A stretch of DNA of 64,000 nucleotides from Nitrospirota bacterium. GTDB taxonomy: Bacteria > Nitrospirota > Nitrospiria > 2-01-FULL-66-17. Under the pieces are notes generated by a model that ran no database searches, had not been told where the DNA came from, and was given only the letters and a program-made list of their open reading frames with translations. Each line of letters begins with the position of its first letter. The first letter of the stretch is position 1. Below are positions 10,237 through 20,208 of the stretch, in pieces. The position numbers and the translations under genes are program-made. Where the stretch lies: contig JBMOMC010000002.1 in the NCBI GenBank assembly GCA_049325335.1, forward strand, positions 32,001 through 96,000. Reading direction: 5' to 3'.

Positions 10237-11175
10237 ATGGGGCGTCGGAAAATCAGCGTCATCGGAGCGGGGAACGTCGGCGGGACCACGGCGCAACGTC
10301 TGGCCGAGCGCAACCTCGGCGACATCGTGCTCCTCGACATCAACGAGGGCATGGCCAAGGGCAAGGCGCTAGACATTATGGAGTCGGCGCCGATCGAGGG
10401 GTTTGATTCGCGCGTGATCGGCACGGCGTCCTACGAGGACACTGCCGGGTCGTCGCTGGTCGTGATTTCCTCGGGCGTGCCCCGTAAACCCGGGATGAGC
10501 CGTGACGACCTGCTGCGGATCAACGCGGAGATCGTGCAATCGGTCGTGCGCGAGGTGGCGAAGCGCTCGCCGAACGCGATTTTGATCATCGTGTCCAATC
10601 CGCTCGATGCGATGACGTACGTGGCGTTTCGGGAGAGCGGGTTCCCCAAGGAACGAGTGATGGGCATGGCGGGCGCGCTGGATTCGGCGCGGTTTCGCGC
10701 GTTCATCGCGATGGAGGTGGGCGTGGCGGTCTCCAACGTGCACGCGGTGGTGCTCGGCGGGCACGGTGATACGATGGTTCCGTTGATGCGGTACACCACG
10801 GTCAACGGTCTGCCGGTCGCGCAGTTGATCCCGTCGGATCGGCTGGAGACCTTGGTCAAACGGACCCGCGAAGGCGGGGCGGAAATCGTGAATTTGTTGA
10901 AGACCGGGAGCGCGTTTTACGCGCCGTCGGCCGCGGCGGTGGAGATGGCGGAGGCGGTGTTGGCCGACCGGCATAAAGTGATTCCCAGTGCGGTCTACTG
11001 CGACGGCGAATACGGCATCCGCGGCCTGTTCGTGGGCGTGCCGGCGCGGCTCGGCGCGCGCGGTGTGGAGTCGATCGTTCAAGTGGAACTGAGCGCCTCG
11101 GAGCGCGCGTTGCTCGATCAATCCGCGGCCGCGGTTCGTGAACTCTGCGAGAAGGTGGACGCCGGCCTCAAATAG
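10237..11175 (+). CDS. mdh: Malate dehydrogenase (LDH-like tetrameric type)
   Basis: [37 protein letters not shown]. Confidence 0.97.
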   Translation: MGRRKISVIGAGNVGGTTAQRLAERNLGDIVLLDINEGMAKGKALDIMESAPIEGFDSRVIGTASYEDTAGSSLVVISSGVPRKPGMSRDDLLRINAEIVQSVVREVAKRSPNAILIIVSNPLDAMTYVAFRESGFPKERVMGMAGALDSARFRAFIAMEVGVAVSNVHAVVLGGHGDTMVPLMRYTTVNGLPVAQLIPSDRLETLVKRTREGGAEIVNLLKTGSAFYAPSAAAVEMAEAVLADRHKVIPSAVYCDGEYGIRGLFVGVPARLGARGVESIVQVELSASERALLDQSAAAVRELCEKVDAGLK

Positions 11176-11225
11176 GGACGGACGCCGTTGATGGGCGTCC
11201 GCATCATCGTCAGGTTCTGCTGAAC

Positions 11226-12503
11226 ATGTCCGTCACCACAATCCTCTTGGAAGGCGTGCCGCCCGGCGGCTCCCTCGATCTGGCCGCGTACGAGCGGATC
11301 GGTGGGTACGACGCGCTGCGTAAGGCCGTGGCCGGTCTGGCGTCGGAGGACATCGTCGAGGAAATCAAACGCTCGGGCCTGCGCGGACGCGGCGGCGCCG
11401 GGTTTTCCACGGGCAAGAAGTGGGAGATGGCGCTGGGCAAACGCGGCCGCCTCAAGTACGTCTGCTGCAACGGGTCGGAAGGCGAACCCGGCACGCTGAA
11501 GGACCGCCACCTCATTCGAGCCAATCCGCACCTGCTGATCGAGGGCGTGGTGCTCGCGGCGTACACCGTGGGCGCGGATGAGGCGTACATCTTTCTCAAG
11601 GACAAATACCGCGAGGAACACCGAATCCTCGGTGCGGCGCTGGACGCGGCGCGTCAAAAGGGCTACTGGGGTCCGTCGGTGCTGGGCTCGTCGTTCGGCG
11701 TGACCGTGCATCTCTTTCGCGGGCCTGACGCCTATATCGCGGGGGAAGAGACCGCGATGTTGGAGGCCATCGAGGGCAAGCCGCCCCGTCCCCGCCAGAA
11801 GCCGCCGTATTATCCCATCCAACACGGATTGTTCGGGTTGCCCACGTTGGTCAACAACGTGGAGACGCTGGCCAATATCCCCAAAATCATCCTGCACGGC
11901 GGGGCGTGGTTTGCCGCGGTGGGATTGCCAGCCAGCCCCGGCACCATGCTGTTTAGTCTGACCGGCGCGGTCGAGCGGCCCGGCGTGTACGAGTTGCCGC
12001 TCGGGACTCCGTTGCGCGCGTTGATCTACGACGTGGGCGGGGGAATCGCGCGAGGGCGAACGTTAAAGGCGGTGTTTCCCGGCGGACCGTCGCAGACCGT
12101 GTTGACGGACAAAGATCTTGACGTACCACTTGAATTCGACGCGCTCAAGAAGATCGGCTCGGGGCTCGGGACCGCGGGCGTGATGGTGTACGACGATCAG
12201 ACGTGTATGCTGCGTCTAGCCATCGAATTCGCGCGGTTTTACCAGGAAGGCTCGTGTCGGCAGTGTCCGCCGTGCGAGTTGGGCACGCAGAACATCGCCA
12301 AATTGGTGGCGAAGATTGAGGACGGCCAGGCCGAACCGAGGGACTTAGACTTTCTCACCCAGGTCTTCGGGCTGGTGCGGGGGCGCGGGTATTGCGATCT
12401 GATCAGCAGCGCGGTGCGCTCGGTCGAGAGCACGGTGAAGGTCTTCCGGGACGAATACGAGGCGCACGTCGCGCGTCGCGGGTGTCCGTACCCTAAACTC
12501 TGA
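11226..12503 (+). CDS. NuoF-like NADH-binding flavo/Fe-S subunit (stand-alone)
   Basis: GLRGRGGAGF, EGEPGTLKDR, YIAGEETA, NNVETL, SCRQCPPC...C. Confidence 0.92.
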   Translation: MSVTTILLEGVPPGGSLDLAAYERIGGYDALRKAVAGLASEDIVEEIKRSGLRGRGGAGFSTGKKWEMALGKRGRLKYVCCNGSEGEPGTLKDRHLIRANPHLLIEGVVLAAYTVGADEAYIFLKDKYREEHRILGAALDAARQKGYWGPSVLGSSFGVTVHLFRGPDAYIAGEETAMLEAIEGKPPRPRQKPPYYPIQHGLFGLPTLVNNVETLANIPKIILHGGAWFAAVGLPASPGTMLFSLTGAVERPGVYELPLGTPLRALIYDVGGGIARGRTLKAVFPGGPSQTVLTDKDLDVPLEFDALKKIGSGLGTAGVMVYDDQTCMLRLAIEFARFYQEGSCRQCPPCELGTQNIAKLVAKIEDGQAEPRDLDFLTQVFGLVRGRGYCDLISSAVRSVESTVKVFRDEYEAHVARRGCPYPKL

Positions 12504-12563
12504 CGCCCAAAGGCCCTATGGCGCGTGGGTATCCGGCCCACTCGACCTAGGGCTCCGCGCTCA

Positions 12564-12593
12564 TTGACAAGGTTTCCGAGCCGATGTTACGAT
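12564..12593 (+). promoter_or_regulatory. Putative sigma70 promoter upstream of the erpA-like gene
   Basis: TTGACA-18 bp-TACGAT with extended -10 TG. Confidence 0.65.
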
Positions 12594-12668
12594 ACGCTCA
12601 CCTTCTAAATAGGTCGGCGATTTCTTCTGACGTTTCAATTAGTTCTATGACCAATGAGAGGCCACGCG

Positions 12669-12992
12669 ATGTTGCTTATCACGGAAAAAGCAGGCGCAAA
12701 GATTAAAGACCTTCTGGCCGCCGAGCCCAAACCAGCCTCGGGGCTTCGGGTATACGTCTCGGGGGGCGGGTGCCAGGGATTCCAATACGGGATGACGTTC
12801 GAGGAACAGGCCAATCCTGATGATACCGTGATCGAAGCGCACGGGGTTCGGGTATTCGTGGACGGGCAGAGCGCCCCGTTGTTGAGCGGCGCCGAGGTGG
12901 ACTATATCGACGGCCTGGAAGGATCGGGGTTTTCGATCAAGAACCCCCAGGCCAAATCCTCGTGTGGCTGCGGCCAGTCGTTCGGCGCGTAA
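12669..12992 (+). CDS. erpA: A-type Fe-S carrier protein (ErpA/IscA/HesB)
   Basis: GGGCQGFQY and SSCGCGQSF. Confidence 0.92.
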   Translation: MLLITEKAGAKIKDLLAAEPKPASGLRVYVSGGGCQGFQYGMTFEEQANPDDTVIEAHGVRVFVDGQSAPLLSGAEVDYIDGLEGSGFSIKNPQAKSSCGCGQSFGA

Positions 12993-13006
12993 CCGGTCCG
13001 CTCACG

Positions 13007-13177
13007 ATGGCAACCGCTCGATATCAACAACCGATGTGGATCAATGCGGAGTCGGCCTTGGCCGACCGGCTGCGCGGAGACGGGGACGAATTTTGCACCG
13101 TGGCTTGGCGGGAATGGCTCACGGCGATGGTGGTGGTCGAGATGGCGCGCTCCGATACGCGCGTCTCCTGGCACTAG
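13007..13177 (+). CDS. Small hypothetical protein (56 aa)
   Basis: ATG 14 nt after the erpA stop; fills the gap before the ferredoxin; no recognisable motif. Confidence 0.35.
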   Translation: MATARYQQPMWINAESALADRLRGDGDEFCTVAWREWLTAMVVVEMARSDTRVSWH

Positions 13178-13285
13178 CGGAACGATGGGCGGCGCCGATC
13201 CTGCGTGACCGGCGTCGGCGAGTAAGGCCCTCGACGGCAGGCGACGCCGCGAGGCGGCGTGACGACAACAGAAGGAGGAGAGCGT

Positions 13286-13633
13286 ATGTCGCTCAGGATC
13301 ACTGAAGAATGTATTTCATGCGGAGCGTGCCTGCCGGAGTGTCCGAACGAGGCGATTTTTGACAGCCGGGCGTCGGCTGAATCCGCGGGGTGGCATATCT
13401 CGGAAGGCGACGGGATGGCCGACGGACTGTACGTGATCACCTATGATCGGTGCACCGAGTGCGTCGGCCACTACGACGCGCCGCAGTGCGCGGCGGTTTG
13501 CCCCGTGCCGGATTGCTGTGTGTCCGATCCGCAGTACCCGGAGGCGAAAGACGTGCTGCTCGACAAGGCGCGGAAACTGAATCCGGGCAAAGAAATCGAC
13601 GCGAATAAAGTCTGGTCCGGCGTGCGCGCATAA
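13286..13633 (+). CDS. YfhL-family 2[4Fe-4S] ferredoxin
   Basis: RBS AGGAGG; CISCGACLPECPN and CTECVGHYDAPQCAAVCP. Confidence 0.92.
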   Translation: MSLRITEECISCGACLPECPNEAIFDSRASAESAGWHISEGDGMADGLYVITYDRCTECVGHYDAPQCAAVCPVPDCCVSDPQYPEAKDVLLDKARKLNPGKEIDANKVWSGVRA

Positions 13634-13713
13634 CCGGATCACGAGGAATCACGAGGGGCCTGGCGGATACGTTCCGCCCGGCCCCTCGTTGTTTGGGGGC
13701 GGACGGAGCGGCC

Positions 13714-14331
13714 ATGGACACCTTTTCCCACGAGGAAATCGACTTTCTCAAGCACGCGGGATTCTTCGCGTGGAAGGAGAAACTGACGCGCCGTCTTCAG
13801 GGCCGATTCACGGCGCTCCACGAGGCGCTCACCCAGCGGATTGTCCCCGGCGACTTCCTGGCGCCGGACGAGATGGATTGGACGCGGTGGCAGTCGGTGC
13901 GCGGCGAGCGGTTTCACGATCGGCCGTACGCATATCTCGATTACCCGCAGTGTTTCTCCCGCGAGACGAAATTTACCTATCGGTCGATGTTCTGGTGGGG
14001 AGAAGGGCTGTTTTTCGCGCTAATCCTGGAAGGCGCGTTGTGTGATCGGTACATCGAGAATATCGATCAACGGTATGCGGCGATCGTGGGTCGCGATCTG
14101 TCGCTGTCCGTCGCGGACACGCCGTGGGAGTGGGCGCGGTCCGGTCGCTCGCTGCTGCCGATTCGATCCGACACGAAGGACGCGGTGTTGAGCGCGGTCA
14201 AGAACCGGCCCGTCATCAAATTGCAACGGGCGATTCCGCTCGACCGGTTGGGCGACGACAACGTGATTGTCCGCGAAGGGGTGGCGACGTTCGAGGCCGT
14301 GCGGCCCGTTGTCGCTAGAATTGGTTCTTGA
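13714..14331 (+). CDS. Conserved-looking hypothetical protein
   Basis: RBS GGAG; aromatic-rich globular sequence (YLDYP, YRSMFWWG). Confidence 0.7.
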   Translation: MDTFSHEEIDFLKHAGFFAWKEKLTRRLQGRFTALHEALTQRIVPGDFLAPDEMDWTRWQSVRGERFHDRPYAYLDYPQCFSRETKFTYRSMFWWGEGLFFALILEGALCDRYIENIDQRYAAIVGRDLSLSVADTPWEWARSGRSLLPIRSDTKDAVLSAVKNRPVIKLQRAIPLDRLGDDNVIVREGVATFEAVRPVVARIGS

Positions 14332-14695
14332 AATAGACCAGCAGATCGCGCACCGACAACACGCCCACGATTTTGCCTTCCTCGGTGATCACGAGGTGGC
14401 GGATCGCGCGCTCGCTCATCAGCGCGTTGGCCTCAACCGCGCTCTTTTTAATGTCGAGCGTGATCAGCGGGCTGCTCATGACCCGTTGAACCGGCTCATG
14501 GTCGATATCCAGTCCTTCGGCCACTCCGCGCCGGACGACGTCGGTTTCGCTGATAATGCCCACGAAGTCGCCTTCCGCTTGGACGAGCAGCGAACCGACT
14601 CGTTTTTCCCGCATCAACCGCGCGGCGTCGCGAACCGAGGCGTTACGGTCGATGGTTTTGAGTTCACGAGCCATTAAGACGGCGAGTGGCAACAT
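14315..14695 (-). CDS. CBS-domain pair protein
   Basis: Two CBS repeats (VGSLLV...GIISETD; IRHLVI...GVLSVRD). Confidence 0.9.
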   Translation of the reverse strand: MLPLAVLMARELKTIDRNASVRDAARLMREKRVGSLLVQAEGDFVGIISETDVVRRGVAEGLDIDHEPVQRVMSSPLITLDIKKSAVEANALMSERAIRHLVITEEGKIVGVLSVRDLLVYFKNQF

Positions 14696-14739
14696 ACGGG
14701 TCGGGTTCGGTATTCCGCGCCGAATAAAAGAGTGGGCGG

Positions 14740-14769
14740 ATTATACCGGGGTCCGAAGAAGGGGGTCAA
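14740..14769 (-). promoter_or_regulatory. Putative sigma70 promoter of the CBS gene
   Basis: TTGACC-18 bp-TATAAT on the minus strand. Confidence 0.65.
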
Positions 14770-14781
14770 GCCGAGGAGTCG

Positions 14782-14811
14782 TTGACAGGCGAACGGCCGA
14801 GTCGCTATGCT
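14782..14811 (+). promoter_or_regulatory. Putative sigma70 promoter, divergent, pointing antisense into the HNH gene
   Basis: TTGACA-18 bp-TATGCT. Confidence 0.55.
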
Positions 14812-14824
14812 CGCGCAAGTTGAA

Positions 14825-15361
14825 TCACTCGTCGTGATCCAACTCCACGTTCCAATACAGGTAGTCTTTCCATACTGATGGAGTATGAGACAGGCCGATG
14901 GTCATCGCCAGGGCGGGGTTCCAGGAGGGTTTCACGGGCGCTTTGATCAGCTTCATGCGGGCTTCACCCGGCGTACGACCGCTCTTGTGGTTGTTGCACC
15001 GCCAGCACGCGGTGACGATGTTCTCCCAGCTCTTCTTCCCCCCGCGGGCGATGGGCAAGACGTGATCGAACGTCAGGTCTTCGGTGCGAAACCGTTTCCC
15101 GCAGTACTGGCACGAGTAGTGGTCGCGGATAAAAATATTGGCGCGCGAGAATTTCACGCCCCGGCGCGCGGGCTCGATCCGAATCAGTTTCAGCAGGCGC
15201 AGGACCGCGGGCAAGGGGACCGTGGTGCTGACCCCTCGAATGCGGCGGTCGTACACCTCCAACACTTCGACCTTTTCCTGCCACAACAAGGTCACGGCTT
15301 TTTGCCAGTGAATGATCCGGAGCGGTTCGTAGGACGCGTTCAGGAGAAGCGATTGTTCCAT
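14825..15361 (-). CDS. HNH endonuclease (McrA-like, zinc-binding)
   Basis: LLLNASYEP N-terminus; RDHYSCQYCG, TFDHVLP, WENIVTACWRCNNHK. Confidence 0.92.
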   Translation of the reverse strand: MEQSLLLNASYEPLRIIHWQKAVTLLWQEKVEVLEVYDRRIRGVSTTVPLPAVLRLLKLIRIEPARRGVKFSRANIFIRDHYSCQYCGKRFRTEDLTFDHVLPIARGGKKSWENIVTACWRCNNHKSGRTPGEARMKLIKAPVKPSWNPALAMTIGLSHTPSVWKDYLYWNVELDHDE

Positions 15362-15450
15362 CGACGGAATACCCCAGCCGACTTGCCTCGCGGAAAGTGT
15401 ATCAACTTTAACGACCCCGCGCAAACCATTGATCGGGGAGGATCGGGCCC

Positions 15451-15978
15451 ATGATCCGGTCTTATCAGGGGAAAACGCCGGTGATCGACCCGACCGTGTA
15501 CCTCGCCGCCGGGGCGCGGGTGATCGGCGACGTGGTGATCGGGCCCGAATCGAGTCTGTGGTTCAACGTGGTGGTCCGCGGTGACGTGAACTCGATCCGC
15601 ATCGGCTCGCGCACCAACGTGCAAGACCTGTCCATGCTGCACGTCACGCGTCGGACCGCGCCGTTGCGCGTGGGGGATGAGGTGACGGTCGGTCACGCGG
15701 CGATCCTGCACGGCTGTACGGTTGAGAACCGATGTCTGATCGGCATGGGGTCGGTGGTGATGGACGGCGCCGTGGTCGGCGAGGAATCCATCGTCGGGGC
15801 CGGCGCGGTGGTGCCGGAGCGCATGATCATCCCGCCGCGAAGCCTCGTGGTGGGCGTGCCCGCGACGGTCCGACGCGCGTTGCGGCCCGAGGAGATCGCG
15901 TTTCTGGCCCGGAGCGCGGCCAACTACGTCCAGGACGCGGCGAACTACCGCGCGGACGAGGCGCTGAACAGCCCCTGA
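15451..15978 (+). CDS. Gamma carbonic anhydrase family (left-handed beta-helix)
   Basis: RGDVN, TNVQD..LH, VGH..ILHGC hexapeptide repeats. Confidence 0.92.
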   Translation: MIRSYQGKTPVIDPTVYLAAGARVIGDVVIGPESSLWFNVVVRGDVNSIRIGSRTNVQDLSMLHVTRRTAPLRVGDEVTVGHAAILHGCTVENRCLIGMGSVVMDGAVVGEESIVGAGAVVPERMIIPPRSLVVGVPATVRRALRPEEIAFLARSAANYVQDAANYRADEALNSP

Positions 15979-17063
15979 TAAATCGCGTCGTGGATCGCGG
16001 GACGGAAGGCCGCGATACCCTGATTCTCCCGCGTCGGGTGGACCCGATTGGTCAACAGGATCACGGTCAGTTCGCGGTCAGGATCCACCCAGATCGAGGT
16101 GCCGGTGAACCCGAGGTGTCCATACGAGCGAGGGGAGAAGAACCGCCCCGATGTTGACGGCGGCGTCGGGGTCGTCCACCCCAGGGTCCAACTTCCATTG
16201 CCCACGTCGTTTTGTCGGGTGAGAAATCGCATGGCCAAGTCCGCGGGCCAGCGGGGTGAGCGCCCGAGCGACGCCTCGCGCCAGCCCCGAACGAGTCGGA
16301 GCACGCTCATCGCATCGCCGAACAGCCCGGCGTGACCGGACACCCCGCCCATGGCGTAGGCGTTCTCGTCGTGCACCTCGCCGCGCAACACGCGGCCCCG
16401 CCACGGACACTGTTCTGTGGCCGCCACGGTTCGATGGTCCGCCCAAGACGGTGAGTCCGTCCGGCGCGCCGGGAGAAAGCCGATGGAGTGCAGTCCCAGC
16501 GGGGCAAAGAGCCGTTCACGCGCCGATTCGTCCAACGGTTGATCCGCGACGCGTTCCAGAATCGACCCGAGCAGGATGAACCCCAGATCGCTGTACCGGC
16601 TCTCGGCCCCTGGAGGGCTGATCAACGGTTCTCGTTCAGCCGCGTCGATGAGCCGGTGTTTGCCCGCCGGCGTCGCGATCAGCTCCGGGGGCACGTCTCG
16701 GTAGAACGGGCGCCAGTCGGGTAATCCCGAGGTGTGCGTCAATAGATGGCGGATCGTCGCCCGCGCGCCCGCCCCGTCCCGCCAGCTCGGCAGGTAGCGG
16801 CCGACGGGATCATCGACCGCGAGGCGGCGTTCGGCGACCAACGACAGCGCCAGGGCGGCGGTCACAAGGGGTTTGGTCAACGAGGCCAGGTCGAATACGG
16901 TGTCGGTGGTCATGTCCTCTGCAACGGGGATTTCCGCCGCGCGGCCGAACGCCTCGAAAAACACGACGCGGCCGCCGACATCCGCTACGAGGACCCCGCC
17001 GGGAAAGGCGCGGGCGGCGAGGGTATCCGCCATGAGCCGTCGGATTCGTCGGTCGTGCAGCAC
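15945..17063 (-). CDS. Serine hydrolase, beta-lactamase class C-like
   Basis: FDLASLTK (SxxK), LLTHTSGL, YSDLGF, GEVHDENA, GHLGFTGT. Confidence 0.9.
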   Translation of the reverse strand: MLHDRRIRRLMADTLAARAFPGGVLVADVGGRVVFFEAFGRAAEIPVAEDMTTDTVFDLASLTKPLVTAALALSLVAERRLAVDDPVGRYLPSWRDGAGARATIRHLLTHTSGLPDWRPFYRDVPPELIATPAGKHRLIDAAEREPLISPPGAESRYSDLGFILLGSILERVADQPLDESARERLFAPLGLHSIGFLPARRTDSPSWADHRTVAATEQCPWRGRVLRGEVHDENAYAMGGVSGHAGLFGDAMSVLRLVRGWREASLGRSPRWPADLAMRFLTRQNDVGNGSWTLGWTTPTPPSTSGRFFSPRSYGHLGFTGTSIWVDPDRELTVILLTNRVHPTRENQGIAAFRPAIHDAIYQGLFSASSAR

Positions 17064-17154
17064 GCGCCATTATACCGTGATCGCCCCGCTGCGGAGGCCG
17101 AGGCTGGCGGCGCGTTCGTGGTTCTCAGTTAAGGCCTTATGTTATGATAGCGAC

Positions 17155-18117
17155 GTGTCGGGCTTGATGACATCACTGCGATCCGGCCACGCGGGCGCCG
17201 GTGACGGACGTGACCCAGCGTCGCTGACCGGCGCGGCCATCGCCGCGCTGGTCACATTGCTGGATCGCGAATCCAAGGCGGAAAATCTGGCGATGATCCG
17301 TGCGCGGCTCGACGAGGTCGGCGAGGGCGCGCTCCCGTGGCTTGATGCGGCCGCGTCGATGGGCGGCCGATCCGAGCGTGCCGCGGAGATGGCGACTCGT
17401 ATTCGCCGCCGGCGTCTCGATGCCGAATGGGAACCGTGGATTGCCGATCCGTGCGCTGATCTCGAGTGCGGGGTGCTGCTCATCGATCGATTCGGTGATC
17501 CGTGCCGGGAGGCCCAAGCGGTCCGGCGCGCGTTGGATGAACTGGCTGAGGCCTTGGGCCGTCGGTTACATGGGGTATCGGACACGACCGCTGTCATCGA
17601 GCGTCTGAATGGGTTGCTGTTTGCCGAACTCGGGTTCCGCGGGAACGTGGAGTCGTATGACGATCCGGAGAACAGTTACCTTTCCCGAGTGTTGGATCGA
17701 CGGGTCGGGATTCCGGTGTCGCTTTCGGTCGTGGTGCTGCTCTTGGCGGAGCGCCTCAAGTTGCCGTTCGTGGGGATCGGGATGCCGGGACATTTTCTGC
17801 TTCGGTACGGCGCCGACCCCTCCGGGCCGTATCTTGACCCGTTCGGGAACGGCCGCGTCCTGAGTCGAGAGGACTGTTTGGCTTGGTTACGGGCGTCGGG
17901 ATTGCCGGTGACGCCCGGGCTGTTCCACCCGGTGGGCCCTCGATACATCGTGGCTCGCATGTTGCGGAACCTGATCGGCGTCTTCACAAAAGCCGGTTTG
18001 TCCGGTGAATCGGTCATATTGACGCGGTATCTCAAACGCGTGACTGCCGCGCCGAAATCATCCACCGGAACCGACTCGGGGCGGCGGAATGTCTCGAGTA
18101 GGGGCACGCTGCCGTGA
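17155..18117 (+). CDS. SirB1/transglutaminase-like (Transglut_core2) protein
   Basis: GFRGNVESYDDPENSYL, GIPVSL, GMPGHFL, DPF, RMLRNL; start uncertain (GTG 17155 or ATG 17167). Confidence 0.85.
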   Translation: MSGLMTSLRSGHAGAGDGRDPASLTGAAIAALVTLLDRESKAENLAMIRARLDEVGEGALPWLDAAASMGGRSERAAEMATRIRRRRLDAEWEPWIADPCADLECGVLLIDRFGDPCREAQAVRRALDELAEALGRRLHGVSDTTAVIERLNGLLFAELGFRGNVESYDDPENSYLSRVLDRRVGIPVSLSVVVLLLAERLKLPFVGIGMPGHFLLRYGADPSGPYLDPFGNGRVLSREDCLAWLRASGLPVTPGLFHPVGPRYIVARMLRNLIGVFTKAGLSGESVILTRYLKRVTAAPKSSTGTDSGRRNVSSRGTLP

Positions 18118-18151
18118 GAGCCGATATGCGCCCCATCCGTCAATAACCGTC

Positions 18152-18454
18152 ATGAGCGCCCCCCTGATGAGCACGTCTCCGCCTCATCCGTTGGTTGAGA
18201 TCACGATTCTGGGACGATGTTATCGAGTGCGTCCCGATGTGTCTCTGGTGTGGGCGCTGTACGATGAGGGATTCATCACCGCGGCCAACCGATTTTGTTG
18301 GAACGGAACGTGTTTGTACTGCATGGTGACGGTGGTCTGGCCGAATACTACGGTCGCGGTGCGGAAAAAAGCGTGTGAGATCTTCCCTACCGCCGGGTTG
18401 AACGTGATTCGGCTCGGCGGGGAGTTTTCCGTGCCGGTCCGTCTCGCGTCGTGA
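18152..18454 (+). CDS. Small 2Fe-2S ferredoxin-like protein
   Basis: FCWNGTCLYC...KKAC cysteine pattern; GTGA overlap with the next gene. Confidence 0.6.
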   Translation: MSAPLMSTSPPHPLVEITILGRCYRVRPDVSLVWALYDEGFITAANRFCWNGTCLYCMVTVVWPNTTVAVRKKACEIFPTAGLNVIRLGGEFSVPVRLAS

Positions 18455-20184
18455 AGCTCGATCTCGGTCCGTTTGCCGCGTTGGTGCGTCCCCACCGCGG
18501 CGCCATGGCGCAAGCCTCGCTGCTGGTCATGGGCGTGGCCGCGCTCAACCTCGCGTTGCTATGGCTCTTTCGGTATTTCTTCGACCATGTGTTGGTCCGC
18601 CACGACACCGCCGCGCTCGGTCGGATCATCTGGGCCTCGCTCGGCCTGTTTGCACTGCACAGCGCCTTGTCCTTGCGCCAACACGTGGTGTTGGCGCGCG
18701 TGGGACAGCGGATCGTCACCGCGCTGCGGTTGCGGTTGGTGGAGCACCTAACCACGTTGTCATTGGATTTTTTCGTCAAACGACGGACCGGCGAGCTGAT
18801 GTCGCGGGTGACCAGCGACGTGGGCACGGTGCAACAGGTCGCGACCAACGTGCCCGTGGACTTGGCGAAACAGTCCGTGACGTTCGTGGGCGCGTTGGGG
18901 CTGCTCTTGTACATGAATTGGCGGCTGTGTCTGGCCGTTCTCGCGGTGATCCCGTTGGTGGTGGTGGTCGCCCGTCTGTTCGGACGGCGGCTCAAGGCGC
19001 TCTCGACCGAGAGCCAGGACCGAGCTGCGGAGTCCGCGACGATCCTGGAGGAAATGTTGTCCGGCATCACGCTGGTGAAGTCGTTCGTGATGGAGCGACA
19101 CGAGGTGGATCGACTCGGCGCGCAACTTGAGCGCGCGGACGCGGTGGCCGCCCGCCGCGCCGCGTTGGTGGGGGTGTTCGTGCCCGTGGTCACGGTCCTG
19201 ACGCTGCTCGGCGCACTCGGCGTGTTGTGGTACGGCGGGGTGCAGGTGATCGCCGGCGCGATGAGTCCCGGCGATCTGGTCGCGTTTTTGTTGTACGGCG
19301 GCATTCTGATGGGACCGTTTTCCGCGGCGGCTCGCGTGTTTTCGCAGATCAAAGAGGCGCAGGGCGCAATGCAGCGGGTGACGGAGATCCTCAACGAACA
19401 GCCGATGGTTCGCGACGCCCCGGGCGCCGCCCGTCTGGGCGCGGTGAACGGTCGCGTGGAGGTCTGCGACGTCTCGTTCGCCTACGAGCCGGGACGATCG
19501 GTGTTGCGCGGCGTCTCGCTCACCGCGGAACCCGGGCAGATCGTGGCATTGGTCGGACCCAGCGGCGGCGGCAAATCCACGCTCGTTCATTTGTTACATC
19601 GGTTCTACGATCCCTTGGAGGGGGCCATCTTGCTCGATGGCCGCGACCTACGGGCGATCCGGATGGCGGACCTGTACGCGCGGATCGCCTTCGTGCCGCA
19701 AGAGACGATGTTGTTCGGGGGGACGGTTGAAGAGAACATCCGGTTCGGTCGTCCGTCCGCGCGTCAGGACGAGGTGGCGGCGGCTGCGGAGGCCGCGCAC
19801 GCGCACGGATTCATTCAGGCGCTGCCGAACGGGTACGGGACCGTGGTGGGGGAGAAGGGCGTGCGACTGTCCGGCGGGCAGCGACAACGGATCGCGATCG
19901 CGCGGGCGGTGCTCAAGGACCCGAGAATTTTGCTGTTGGATGAAGCCACGTCGGCGTTGGATAATGAATCCGAAGTGTTGGTGCAAGACGCGTTGGACCG
20001 CCTGATGAAGGGCCGCACCACGATCGTGGTCGCCCATCGGTTGTCCACCATCCAGCGCGCGGATCATATCCTGGTGTTGGATCAGGGGCGGATCGTGGAA
20101 CGCGGCACGCACGGCGAATTGTTGGCGAGCCGCGGGGTGTACCATCGTTTGTCGGTCGCGGTGTCGACGAGCGCGGGCGCATGA
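18451..20184 (+). CDS. ABC exporter, fused permease/ATPase (MsbA-like)
   Basis: N-terminal TM domain; GPSGGGKST, LSGGQRQR, LLLDEATSALD. Confidence 0.93.
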   Translation: MKLDLGPFAALVRPHRGAMAQASLLVMGVAALNLALLWLFRYFFDHVLVRHDTAALGRIIWASLGLFALHSALSLRQHVVLARVGQRIVTALRLRLVEHLTTLSLDFFVKRRTGELMSRVTSDVGTVQQVATNVPVDLAKQSVTFVGALGLLLYMNWRLCLAVLAVIPLVVVVARLFGRRLKALSTESQDRAAESATILEEMLSGITLVKSFVMERHEVDRLGAQLERADAVAARRAALVGVFVPVVTVLTLLGALGVLWYGGVQVIAGAMSPGDLVAFLLYGGILMGPFSAAARVFSQIKEAQGAMQRVTEILNEQPMVRDAPGAARLGAVNGRVEVCDVSFAYEPGRSVLRGVSLTAEPGQIVALVGPSGGGKSTLVHLLHRFYDPLEGAILLDGRDLRAIRMADLYARIAFVPQETMLFGGTVEENIRFGRPSARQDEVAAAAEAAHAHGFIQALPNGYGTVVGEKGVRLSGGQRQRIAIARAVLKDPRILLLDEATSALDNESEVLVQDALDRLMKGRTTIVVAHRLSTIQRADHILVLDQGRIVERGTHGELLASRGVYHRLSVAVSTSAGA

Positions 20185-20208
20185 TGCGACGTACGGCGGG
20201 AGGATGCG

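Noticed and set aside
14825..15361. HNH gene as part of a restriction or Cas system
   Set aside because: Stand-alone, with no methylase, cas genes or array nearby.
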